A stretch of DNA of 64,000 nt. It comes from Octopus sinensis (taxonomy: Eukaryota). A program made the position numbers and the translations under genes. The DNA lies in NCBI RefSeq assembly GCF_006345805.1, contig NC_043026.1:12999579-13063578 (forward strand), in the 5' to 3' direction. Position 1 is the first letter of the stretch. Each line of letters starts with the position of its first letter. The notes beneath the pieces were generated by a model. The model did not search any database and had not been told where the DNA came from. It saw nothing but the letters and a program-made list of their open reading frames with translations. Positions 10,943 through 22,464 of the stretch are shown here, one piece after another.

Positions 10943-11401
10943 CACTTTCGTTACTGTATTTATTTTGAGATGCTCTGAGTTTCTTTCAATTACTTTAAAT
11001 ATAACAAAGAATTTAGTAAAATAACTTAGTTATCATTAAGCTAGTGTTAGGAACACAAATAGTGACTAAGATTTTAATTAAAAACTTATGAAAACAAGAT
11101 ATTTGTACTCAGAGCCAGAGCTGGTTTCAGTTGGGTTGGTATCAAAAGGGTTAAGAACTGTTTCTCTATTATATATTTTAACCCTTTTGTTACCATATTT
11201 CTGTTGAGATGCTCTGTGTTTCTTTCAATTAATTTTAAATATAACAAAGAATTTAGTAAAATACTTGGTTACCATTAAGCTAGTGTTAGGAACACAAACT
11301 GTGACAAAGGTTTGGAGGAAGATTTTAATTCAAAACTTATGAAAACAAGATATTTGTACTCAGAGCCAGAGCTGGTTTCAGCCGGGTTGGCATCAAAAGG
11401 G
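10943..11401 (+). mobile_element. Two adjacent piggyBac-like MITEs (10943-11150 and 11182-11401)
   Basis: TTAA flanks at 10939-42/11151-54 and 11178-81/11402-05; TIR cccttttg(t/a)t(a/g)cc, with the first copy's left TIR diverged. Confidence 0.8.
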
Positions 11402-11473
11402 TTAAAGGTTTCACACAAAGGTGAATTCTTTTGTGTTTAGTCATCACAAGGAAGTAAAGATTTCCTCCATATT

Positions 11474-12772
11474 TTACGATAATAATGTCTTTTGTCCTCC
11501 ATGGCTTCGTTTGTGGATAACAACACTAGAACTCTGAGTAAAAGATTTTCCACAGATTTCACAGTGGAAAGGTTTTTCTCCCGTGTGGATCCGTATGTGC
11601 CTTGTTAAGTCACTGCTAGACACAAACCATGTCCCACAGATTTCGCAATGGTAAGGTTTCTCTCCCGTGTGACTACGTTTGTGGATATGAAGACCAGAAT
11701 TTTGCGTGAAAGACTTCCCACAAATGTCACAGTGAAACGGTTTTACCCCCGTGTGTATTCTTAAGTGTTTTTTGAGACCAATATTTGAGACAAAATATTT
11801 TTCACATATTTGACAATGATATGGTTTTATTCCAATATGTAGTCTTTCATGAACTACAAGCCTAGATTTCTGAGAGAACGATTTTGAACAAATTTCACAA
11901 CGATATGGTTTTTCCCCAGAGTGTTGTCTTTCATGGAACGCAAGACTAGATTTATCAGAGAAAGATTTCTCACATATGTCACAATGATAAGGTTTTTCCC
12001 CAGTGTGAATTCGTTTATGCGTTGTTAAATTACTGCTCTTCACGAAATATTTCCCACATATTTCACAACGATAGGGGGACTCCCCTGTGTGCATTCGTTT
12101 ATGTACTGTTAAGCCACTGTTATTAAAAAAGGATTTCCCGCAGATTTCACAGTGATACGGCTTTTCCCCACTATGGATCCGTTTGTGTGTTGTCAAATCG
12201 CTATTCGAGACAAAAGATTTCCCGCAGATTCCACAATGATAGGGTTTCTCTCCCGTGTGGATTCGTCTGTGGATTGTTACATCATATTTCCTCACAAATG
12301 ATTTTCCACACACATCACAACTGAAAGGTTTTTCCCCAGAGTGGATTCGTTTGTGTTTCGTCAGGACGCCATTAGAAATAAACGATTTTGTACAAACTTC
12401 ACACTGGAATTTTTTTCCTCCACTGTGCAGTCTTTTGTGTGTCATTAAATTATTTTTATAAGCATAATATTTACCACATATTTCACAATGGAAAGGTTTT
12501 TCTTCACTGTGGCTACGTTTGTGTTCTTCAAGAAAAGATTGAGCACTAAATGATTCCCCGCATATTTCACAACGAAACCGTTTTTCCTTCTTGTGTATTT
12601 CTCTGTGTGTGATGACCTCCTCTTCTGAAGGGAACGTCTGGCTACAAATCTCACAGAAATATTCAGCATCATTTTTCTCTACAGCTTTCTCATTTCCGCC
12701 TGCCTCTGTAACTGTATCTACATTGTTAGTAACAGTTGCTTTAGAAGGGTCCAACTGATCAACGTTCTCCAT
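11474..12772 (-). CDS. C2H2 zinc-finger protein, 432 aa: 38-aa leader + 14 fingers
   Basis: Intact ORF; the last 7 fingers are nearly identical to those of 2657-3862. Confidence 0.93.
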   Translation of the reverse strand: MENVDQLDPSKATVTNNVDTVTEAGGNEKAVEKNDAEYFCEICSQTFPSEEEVITHREIHKKEKRFRCEICGESFSAQSFLEEHKRSHSEEKPFHCEICGKYYAYKNNLMTHKRLHSGGKKFQCEVCTKSFISNGVLTKHKRIHSGEKPFSCDVCGKSFVRKYDVTIHRRIHTGEKPYHCGICGKSFVSNSDLTTHKRIHSGEKPYHCEICGKSFFNNSGLTVHKRMHTGESPYRCEICGKYFVKSSNLTTHKRIHTGEKPYHCDICEKSFSDKSSLAFHERQHSGEKPYRCEICSKSFSQKSRLVVHERLHIGIKPYHCQICEKYFVSNIGLKKHLRIHTGVKPFHCDICGKSFTQNSGLHIHKRSHTGEKPYHCEICGTWFVSSSDLTRHIRIHTGEKPFHCEICGKSFTQSSSVVIHKRSHGGQKTLLS

Positions 12773-14146
12773 ATTATTTCTTGAGCAATTCTTAAAAAGT
12801 AGACAAACGTCCGTGCGTTAATCTGTTATGGTTCAATTTCTTGTCTCAGACATCACAGTCCTCCGTTTACAAGCGTGGAACAGATGCAATGTAGATGTAT
12901 TTCCTACTCACCAGTAGAATGTTTGATATAAAGTCCAAACAAAAAAGGAAGGAGGCTGAGGAAAGTTCATTGACTGATTTCTTGTTGATTAAAAGTCCCC
13001 TTTTCTATAAAATAGGGAAAAACCAATTAACGATGTAAAAATGAGATCAAATGAAATATTTAGTCGTGAAGGTGATGGACCAGCGACCCTGAAGCATGTA
13101 GGTCGCTCTATCTCATCCAAAAACATTAACGTTTACCTTAACACGAGATAATTACTACATACGATTATAATTAGATCAACTCTGCTAATTAGAAAACCAA
13201 ACAGTAAACGGTGTTGCTGATAATTTTTCCCTTGTTTGTAGGAGAACGGTGACATATATTAAAAAGTCCCCAACATTTCTCTCTCTATATATATATAAGC
13301 TGATGGCAGGTTTGGTTTAGCCTTCAACTAACACTATCTCCTCCGAGACCCTGCGGCGAAAGTTGACCAAAATTGAGAGTGTGATAGAAGAAGGCTTGCT
13401 CTTCCTTCCGTAGAAGAAAAAATTCAAATCGGACCACGTTAACACCAAAAATTATTTACATCAAAAAGGTGCTTTTTTTCTATGAAAATCTATGTTTTTT
13501 ACGATTTTTTTACCGCAGTGTCGCCAGTTTTCGGTGTATTTCAACCAGAAAAATGTTCACTTAAAGAGAATAACAAGCTACATAATGCAAAATTTTGAAT
13601 CTTTAATATTTTGTCGCATGTACAGAACCCCAAAACTTTGTCGGGGTGGGAATAATGATAGAGGTGTGTAAGAAAAATCATAAATCTTCTAAATTTTTAT
13701 GATCTTATAAAGCTTCCAGTATCGTTTCGAAGGCCGTGAGGACAAAAAACCATTGCAAAGATTACCGTCATAAACAAGTTAATCCATCTTATTCGGGCTT
13801 CTTGAAGCAAAATACCGTGAAAGACGGCAAAGACAGAATGATGGAATCTGTTGGAGACTTGGCTGCTGTTTCTACAAAATCGGAAGACCACGCAGAGGTT
13901 CGCTCCTGCGTAAGTAATAATTATTGTGCTGTGTGGTGCTGGATACGATTAAAAACGTAAATGAATAGAATATAACGTGTGTTAAATTATGTTGGGGGAT
14001 TTTAAAGCTATGTGTCCGATAACGTTTACGCGTGGGGACAGGATATCAACGACACCGCCTGTTGTCAGTGATTCGGCTTAATTGAGTTGAGGTAATTATA
14101 ATCATTTTGTGTTAATTATCTCGTGCCGAGGTGAATATTAATATTT

Positions 14147-15289
14147 GTGGATGAGAACAGAGATGCAATAAGAATGACAGACAGAGATGAGATTTGTTGG
14201 AAGACATTCTCTTCAGAAGACGAAGTTGTCAAACACAAAGAGATACAGAAGAAGGGAAAACGGTTCCACTGTGAAATATGCAGGAAATCATTTCATAGTA
14301 AAAGCCATTTAAAGGGACATCAAAGACTACATACAGGTGAAAAACCCTTTCATTGTGAAATATGCGGGGAATCATTTCGTTCAAATAGTATATTAACAAC
14401 ACACAGAACTGTGCACAGTGGGAGAAAACTTTTCCATTGTGAAATATGTAGGAAAAGTTTTAGCTGCAGTAGTAATCTAAAGGGACATCGAAGAATTCAT
14501 ACAGGGGAGAAACCCTTCCACTGTGAGATATGTGGAAAATCTTTTGCCTGTAAGAGTAATTTAAAGGGACACAAACGAATTCATACAGGAGAAAAACCCT
14601 TCCATTGTGAAATATGTGGAAAATGTTTTACCTCTAGTAGTCATTTAAATGAACATAAACGGATTCATACAGGAGAAAAACCCGTCCAATGTGGAATTTG
14701 CGGGAAACGTTTTGCCTTTAGCGGTCAATTAAACGATCATATAAGAATCCATACAGGGGAAAAACCCTTTCATTGTGAAATCTGTGGAAAATCTTTTGGT
14801 TCGAGTGGTATATTGACAAGACACAAAATTGTACACACGGGGGAAAGACGTTTCCAATGCGAAATCTGTGGAAAATGTTTCGCCACTAAGAATAATTTAA
14901 AGAGACATGAATATTTACATACAGGGGAAAAACCATTCCAGTGTGAAATATGTAGGGAATGTTTTACCAGTAAGAGTAATTTAAAGGGACATCAAAGAAT
15001 TCATACAGGGGAAAAACCCTTCCATTGTGAAATATGTGGAAAATCTTTCCTTCAAAATGAATATCTTGTGCTTCATGAACGTAGTCACACAGGAGAAAAA
15101 CCCTTTCACTGTAAAGTATGTGCTGTATCGTTTCCTTCTCGTGGTGCATTAACAATACACAAAACTGTACACACTGGCGGAAAACTTTTCCAGTGTGAAA
15201 TTTGTGGGAAATGTTTTACCCGTAATAGTAATTTAAAGAGACATAAAAGGGTTCATAGAGGAGGAAAACCCTTTCACTGTGAAATATGA
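14147..15289 (+). pseudogene. 5'-deleted C2H2-ZNF ORF (12 intact fingers); proximal promoter and native start codon lost
   Basis: Open frame, but the leader is truncated and fused to distal-promoter-like sequence; ends CEI-TGA. Expression from ATG 14174 cannot be excluded. Confidence 0.65.
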
Positions 15290-15322
15290 GGGAAATCATT
15301 TGGTTCTACACAAAACTGTAAC

Positions 15323-15501
15323 CAGTGCTTTTCGAACTTTTTGCTGGAGTGGAACCCCAAGAAAACATTTCACTGGCTCGAGGAACCCCTGTGCAATAAT
15401 TTAATTGTCTTATGCACACATATCTGCACAGGAGAATTAATTATTACTGTCGATTTTAGCATTTTTGTAACTTCTTGCGGAACCCTGGTTGAAAACCACT
15501 G
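15323..15501 (+). mobile_element. hAT-like MITE (179 bp) inserted in finger-coding sequence
   Basis: TIRs cagtgcttttcgaac / gttgaaaaccactg; 8-bp TSD ctgtacac (left copy ctgta-ac). Confidence 0.85.
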
Positions 15502-16534
15502 CTGTACACACTGGGGAAAAACCTTTCCACTGTGAAATTTGTGGAAAATCTTTTGCTCAGAGTTCTACTCTCATTGGACACAAATGTCGTCACACAGGAG
15601 AGAAACCATACCAATGTGAAATCTGTGGGAAATCATTTCACAGAAATTATGATCTTGAAGCTCACAAACGTAGTCACACTGGGGAAAAACCTTTCCACTG
15701 TGAAATTTGTGGAAAATATTTTGCTCAGAGTTCTAATCTCATTGGACACAAACGTCGTCACACAGGAGAGAAACCATACCAATGTGAAATCTGTGGGAAA
15801 TCTTTTGCTGATTCTGCCTCTGTTGTAATTCACAAACGTGGTCACACTGGAGAGAAACCATTCCGATGTGAAATATGTGGAAAATCTTTCGTTTCTAGCA
15901 GTGTCTTAAAAATACACACAGGGGAAAAGCCTTTCCATTGTGAAATATGTGGAAAGTCTTTTAATAAGAATGTTTATGTTGTAGTTCACAAACGTAGTCA
16001 CACAGGAGAAAAACCTGTAAATTGTGTAAGAAATCTTTTGTCACAAATAGAGTTTTAACAACAGACATAAAAACACACACTGGGGAAAAACCGTTCCACT
16101 GTGAAATCTGTGGAGAATCATTTGGTTCTAGGAGTACATTAAGAACACACAAAATTGTACACACTGGGGAAAAACGTTTTCCTTGTGAAATCTGTGGGAA
16201 ATGTTTTGTCTCTAATAGTGATTTAGACAGACATAAAAGGGTCCATACAGGGGAAAAACCCTTCCAGTGTGAAACGTGTGGTAAATCCTTCTCTGATCAA
16301 TCTTCTTGTGCACGCCATAAGAAAATACACTCTGGAATAAAAGAGAATAATTGTGAAATATATGGGAAAGAATTTCTTCATAAGTTTCAAGTTGGAGTTC
16401 ATAGACGAATTCACACTGGGGAGAAACGATTCCAATGTGAATTATGTGGGAATTGTTTTGCTTGTAGTAGCACCCTGAAAGCACACAAAAGGGTCCACAC
16501 TGGAGAAAGACCCTTCCACTGTGAAATATGTGGG

Positions 16535-17040
16535 AAATCTTTTACTCAGAGTGGTAGTCTAATTGACCACAAATGTTGTCACACAGGAGGAAATAGAATT
16601 CCACTGTAAAAGATGTGGAAAATCTTTTACTCAGAGTGGTAGTCTAATTGACCACAAATGTTGTCACACAGGAGGAAATAGAATTCCACTGTAAAAGATG
16701 TGGAAAATCTTTTACTCAGAGTGGTAGTCTAATTGACCACAAATGTCGTCACACAGGAGGAAATAGAATTCCACTGTGAAAGATGTGGAAAATCTTTTAC
16801 TCAGAGTGGTAGTCTAATTGACCACAAATGTTGTCACACAGGAGGAAATAGAATTCCACTGTGAAAGATGTGGAAAATCTTTTACTCAGAGTGGTAGTCT
16901 AATTGACCACAAATGTTGTCACACAGGAGGAAATAGAATTCCACTGTGAAAGATGTGGAAATCTTTTACTCAGAGTGGTAGTCTAATTGACCACAAACGT
17001 TGTCACACAGGAGGAAATAGAATTCCATTGTGAAAGATGT
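16535..17040 (+). repeat. Finger-derived minisatellite, 6 units of 85 bp (one spacing 84)
   Basis: aaatcttttactcag recurs at 16535, 16620, 16705, 16790, 16875 and 16959. Confidence 0.95.
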
Positions 17041-17499
17041 AAGAAATTTTTGTGTCTTGTAGTGAATTAATGAGAAAAAGATTCATTCTGGAGGGAAACC
17101 TTTCAACTGTAAGATATGATGAACCCTTTTCTTTGGAGAACAATTTCATGACAGGGAATAGTCATCAATATTTAACATCACATTTTCCATGCTGGCATGG
17201 TTGGACGGTTTGACTGGAGAGCTGCACCAGTTGTCTGTTTTGGCCCTGGTTTCTCTCGCTGGATGCCCTTCCTAATGCCAACGTGAAATGGTGAAACATG
17301 TTAGAAATCATTCTTCTCTTCTAATCCACAAATATCATCAAGAGGATGATCTGTTCACTGTTAATTCTTTGGCTGAGACACAATTTCATGAATCATGAGA
17401 GACGTTCTTCAGTATTTTAACTTCCACATTTTCACACTTGACTGGGTCAGATAGGGTTTGTTGAGTCAATCACTGTGGTCACGTGACACTCTTCCCAAT

Positions 17500-17657
17500 T
17501 CATTACATTCTCAGAGTGGTTGGTGTTGGGAAGGGCATCAGGCCAGAGAAACCATGCCAAGTCAGACTGGGGTCTGGTGCTGCCTTCCAGGTTTCCAACC
17601 CTGGTCAAACAGCCCAACCCATGCCAGCATGGACGACGGATTCTAAATGATGATGAT
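17500..17657 (+). mobile_element. (GAT)n-tailed RTE-related element, diverged (an opposite-strand fragment lies at ~17165-17283)
   Basis: ggttggtgttgggaagggcatc...ccatgccagcatgg...aaatgatgatgat. Confidence 0.6.
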
Positions 17658-18659
17658 TTGCCCCTGATTGGTAGTATTTTGATGAAGGATACTTTTTGCA
17701 TATCGGTGACACAACTACCATTCTATTAAAAGTGAAATAGACACACATAATCGATGGGCTTCCTTCGGTTTCCATCTCTTATCTACTCACAAGTCTTTGG
17801 ATAGACTCACTCTTCTGATCTTATGCAATACTAAGCATAACCAAGCCGTCACTAACGCTGGAGGCATGATGAGGATTTGCCCCAGATTGGTAATATTTTG
17901 ATGGAGGCCACTTTTTGTATACTGGTGACACGAGTACCATACCATGTGAAACAGACATACATACACGATGGGCTTCCTTCAGTTTCCATCTGTCCTATCT
18001 ACTTACAAGTCTTTAGGTGGGCTCACCGTTCTGGACTTATGTAATTACCAGCTATCAATAATGACAGAGGCATTATTGAAATACGTCCATGATTAAAGAT
18101 GCTAATGTTTGTATAAGTATTTAAATAAAAATGCCAAAATCACAAGCGAAAAAGCAAATTATTTTTATCTCTCCGCAAATATTATAAAGAACTGATTTTA
18201 ATATTTTCAATGTTTTATTGTCAGTAATTCACTCATTATTCTTCATTTTGTTATTTTGGACAATAAATACTTCTTAATATTTCATGAATGTCGTAGGTAT
18301 GTTTGTATTGAAATCCACCAAAACATAGGTATTTTTTTCTTCACATGGGTACCCGGCCAGTGTCTGAGTTGTATAATTGATATAAATGTGAACGAAGGAA
18401 GTTTTGTGAAATGGTAGTGAAAAGTAGAGAAAGAGTAAAATTTGATTAAAGAAAACCTGGAAGGGACAGATTGGAACTGGGAAGAGCAAATATTACAGGT
18501 AAGTTGACAACGGACATTGAAAAGAAAGTATTATATGTGTAATCCAGTAATGCTAGGATAAAATAGTAATGAAAATGACCACCTGGTTGAAAGGCATAAC
18601 ATTTATAATGAGTAACAAAAATAAATCACTTGGACTCTTTACTTTATTAATGAAGAAGG

Positions 18660-19012
18660 AGCACTCCGTCGGTTACGACGATGAAGGTCCCAGCTGATCC
18701 GATCAACGGAACAGCTTGCTCGTGGAATTAACGTGCAAGTGGCTGAGCACTCCACAGACACGTGTACCCTTAACGTAGTTCTCGAGGAGATAGAGCGTGA
18801 CAAGGCTGGCCCCTTGAAATACAGGTACAACAGAAACAGGAAGAAAGAGTGAGAGAAAGTTGTGGTGAAAGAGTACAGCAGGGTTCACCACCATCCCCTG
18901 CCGGAGACTCGTGGAGCTTTAGGTGTTTTCACTCAATAAACACTCACAATGCCCAGTCTGGGAACCGAAACCACGAGTCCGCTGCCCTAACCACTGGGCC
19001 ATTGCGCCTCCA
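18660..19012 (-). mobile_element. tRNA-derived SINE, family 2 (full length)
   Basis: Head tggaggcgcaatggcccagtggttagggcagcggactc on the minus strand plus the family-2 body. Confidence 0.8.
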
Positions 19013-19399
19013 CTACTTTATTAATATATACATACATATATATATATAATATAAATTAGAGATGAAATCACTACTTACCACACAGCCACCCCTGCGTCTG
19101 TAGAAAATTTTATTTAAAAATACCCATTCTCCCTAAAGTTATTAAGAAAGAAATTCGGTGGGGGCACTCTTGTGTAGGTATCTCCTGAGTGTAAAAAGCC
19201 CAGGGTCAAATACACATCAATCGAAGTGCTAAAAATAGCAGCCAACACGCCACCATTTCGTTTTCGGAAAATAGATGCAGTTACTTGCGGAATGGTCAAA
19301 TTAATTGACATGACATATAAAACCTGAAATATTATCGATTTTTTTTTTTGTATTTTCAGAAGAGAATTCACAAACAAACATTACTTTTTATAAGAATAG

Positions 19400-19830
19400 C
19401 GATGATGTATTAATTTTTTCCACAGGACAGAACAAAGTCAATGCCATAAAATTATCAACTATCGCACAAACAATAACTCTGAGCACCTCTTCAAACTCCA
19501 CCCATCTAACACCCGTGGACATATTTACAAAGTAAGAAAACAGCACAGCTCCCATGACTTCAGAAAACATTTTTTCACGCTGAGAGTTGCTGAAGCGTGG
19601 AACAAACTGCCGACAGCGGTTGTTAGTTGTCGGAGCACTGCTTCCTTCAAGACTTCCATGCTTCCTGAGATTCGCCAACACTACACTTGATTTTCTCCCC
19701 TCCATACACACACAAGCATGTTCACTTTCCAGACATTTCTACACTACTGCATGTACTTTATATGCACTTTCTGACAAGTTGTGGTGCACCTGAGCACTGT
19801 ATACAATAATTTCATTATTATTATTATTAC
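19400..19830 (+). mobile_element. CR1/L2-clade LINE 3' fragment
   Basis: Encodes NTRGHIYKVRKQHSSHDFRKHFFTLRVAEAWNKLP; 3'UTR and (ATT)n tail. Confidence 0.85.
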
Positions 19831-20329
19831 TTAATCTTAAAGTTAGCTAATTTCCCTTACGTTGCGTCACAGTTTAGTTTCATGCATGTCTAATTCTTTT
19901 CATGGGCTTCTTTTTTTTGTTTGACTAAATAGGCCCCAACTTCAATTACCTTGGACCTAAATAATAACTGTAATCTCATCCTCATGCAACTTACTTTCAT
20001 TCTTGTGTAATTCCTTCCATGAATCTCTTCTTCCATTTCACGAACGATGTTCCAATTGAACCTACAGCATAACTCCAATTGCATGCACATCTAACTTTAC
20101 ACTTGCGTCTAAGACCACAATACAATCAGGATAGCTTTGATGACCATTCCTTAAAACCTATGTGTCTTTCGCGTTCCTCTGCAGGGATAGACATAAACCA
20201 ATACATAAATAACAAATAATATATATCTTTATAAAACATATAACTAGATCTCAAAAAGTATAAAATGAATGATAAATATATAATGTAATAAGTAAAAACT
20301 TTGAGTTGTATAATAGTGATTTCATCTCT

Positions 20330-20510
20330 AATTTATATTATATATATATATATATATATGTATGTATACATATATATGTATATATACATATATATATCTA
20401 TATATATGTATATATACATAGATATATATATATACATATATATAGATATATATCTATATATATATATATATACATATAAATAGATATATATCTATATACA
20501 TATATATAGA

Positions 20511-20581
<71 letters not shown>

Positions 20582-20975
20582 ATATATATACATATATATA
20601 GATATACATATATAGATATAAATATATATACATATATATAGATATATGTATACATATATATATATATATATACATATAAATAGATATATATATATATATC
20701 ACATATATATATATATACATATATATAGATATATATATATACATATATATATATATACATATATAGATATATATACATACATATATATAGATATATATAT
20801 ATACATATATATAGATAGATATATACACATATATATAGATAGATATATACATATATATATAATACATATATATGTATATATATATAGATATATATACATA
20901 TATATATATGTATATATATGTATATACATATAGATATATACATATATATATATAGATATATATATATATATATAG

Positions 20976-21040
<65 letters not shown>

Positions 21041-21077
21041 CATACATAAATACATATATATACTTACATATATATAC

Positions 21078-21111
<34 letters not shown>

Positions 21112-21138
21112 ATATATATACATACATACATATACATA

Positions 21139-21170
<32 letters not shown>

Positions 21171-21207
21171 CATATACATACATACATATATATATATACA
21201 CATACAT
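20330..21207. repeat. ~880-bp compound (TA)n microsatellite with CA/GA interruptions
   Basis: Seen directly. Confidence 0.98.
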
Positions 21208-21744
21208 AAGCCTCCTCGTGTCTTACAAGAAATATTTTTCTTCAGGAACTTCAGCAACGAATATAAATAATAACATTTGTCACAAATATTTGGAGCTTTT
21301 GAACAGAACAAGTCAAATATATTGTAAATGCCCAGCTTTTACATCAACTGAACCTGCTGTCCCTTGAGAACATTTAGGAAATATATGTAACCTTTCTAGA
21401 AACAAACTTTAGAAGCATCGAATGAGTTTGCTATTTTACAGACAAGAAAGTAAATTTCAAAAGCAGTAAAGCTGTGAAAACGGCAGAAAGATTGGGCATT
21501 TACCCTTAGAAGATGGAAAAAAGTTGGCAGCAGGAGGCTATGGGAGTTGAACCCGTACCACTCGGATACTGGCTGCGTATTTTAAGATCATGTACCCATG
21601 TCCAAACACATATATTTTGATGAATCAATACAAACACATGTACAGTATTTATGAAATATTAAGAAGTATTTATTGTAGAAAATAACAAAATGTAGAATGA
21701 TGAGTGAATTACTGACAACAAAATATTGAAGATATTAAAATGAA

Positions 21745-22140
21745 TCAATCTCCTCCTGTGTGACGACGTTTGTGGTCAAGTAGACAAAATCTCTGAGTAA
21801 AAGATTTACCACATATTTCACAGTGGAATGGTCGTTCCGGAGCGCGTACAGTTTTGTGTGTTTTCAGGTCGCTGCTAGGAGCAACAGAATTCCCATATAT
21901 TTCACATTGGAATCGTTTCTCCACATTGTGACTTCGGGTATGAACTAAAACCTCATATTTATGAAGAAATGATTCCCCACATATTTCACAACGGAAACGT
22001 TTTTCCCCTGTGTGTAGAGTTTTGTGTCCTTTTAATGTACTACTATAACCAAAGGATTTCCCGCATATTTCACAATGGAAAGGCTTCTCCCCTGTGTGTA
22101 TTCGTTTGTGTATTGTTAAGACACTGCTAGAAACGAAAGT
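21745..22140 (-). pseudogene. C2H2-ZNF 3' fragment (half finger + 4 repeats, one degenerate)
   Basis: Begins mid-finger at a rearrangement junction (~22138); no leader or promoter. Confidence 0.85.
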
Positions 22141-22464
22141 CAAGTGTGAAAATGTGGAAGTTAAAATACTGAAGAACGTCTCTCATGATTCATGAAATTG
22201 TGTCTCAGCCAAAGAATTAACAGTGAACAGATCATCCTCTTGATGATATTTGTGGATTAGAAGAGAAGAATGATTTCTAACATGTTTCACCATTTCACGT
22301 TGGCATTAGGAAGGGCATCCAGCGAGAGAAACCAGGGCCAAAACAGACAACTGGTGCAGCTCTCCAGTCAAACCGTCCAACCCATGCCAGCATGGAAAAT
22401 GTGATGTTAAATATTGATGACTATTCCCTGTCATAAAATGTTCTCCAAAGAAAAGGGTTAATCA

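Larger units (their letters stand above)
15290..17120 (+). pseudogene. C2H2-ZNF pseudogenic segment
   Basis: Finger repeats with a deletion at ~15308, a MITE insertion, a 12-bp deletion (~15915), a frameshift (~16015) and terminal 85-bp repeats. Confidence 0.9.

Noticed and set aside
17652-18050. Old ~220-bp tandem duplication
   Set aside because: Real but heavily diverged, with no coding or structural signal.
20301-21311. Long Tyr/Ile-rich ORFs (also 46483-47093)
   Set aside because: Translation of (TA)n microsatellite.
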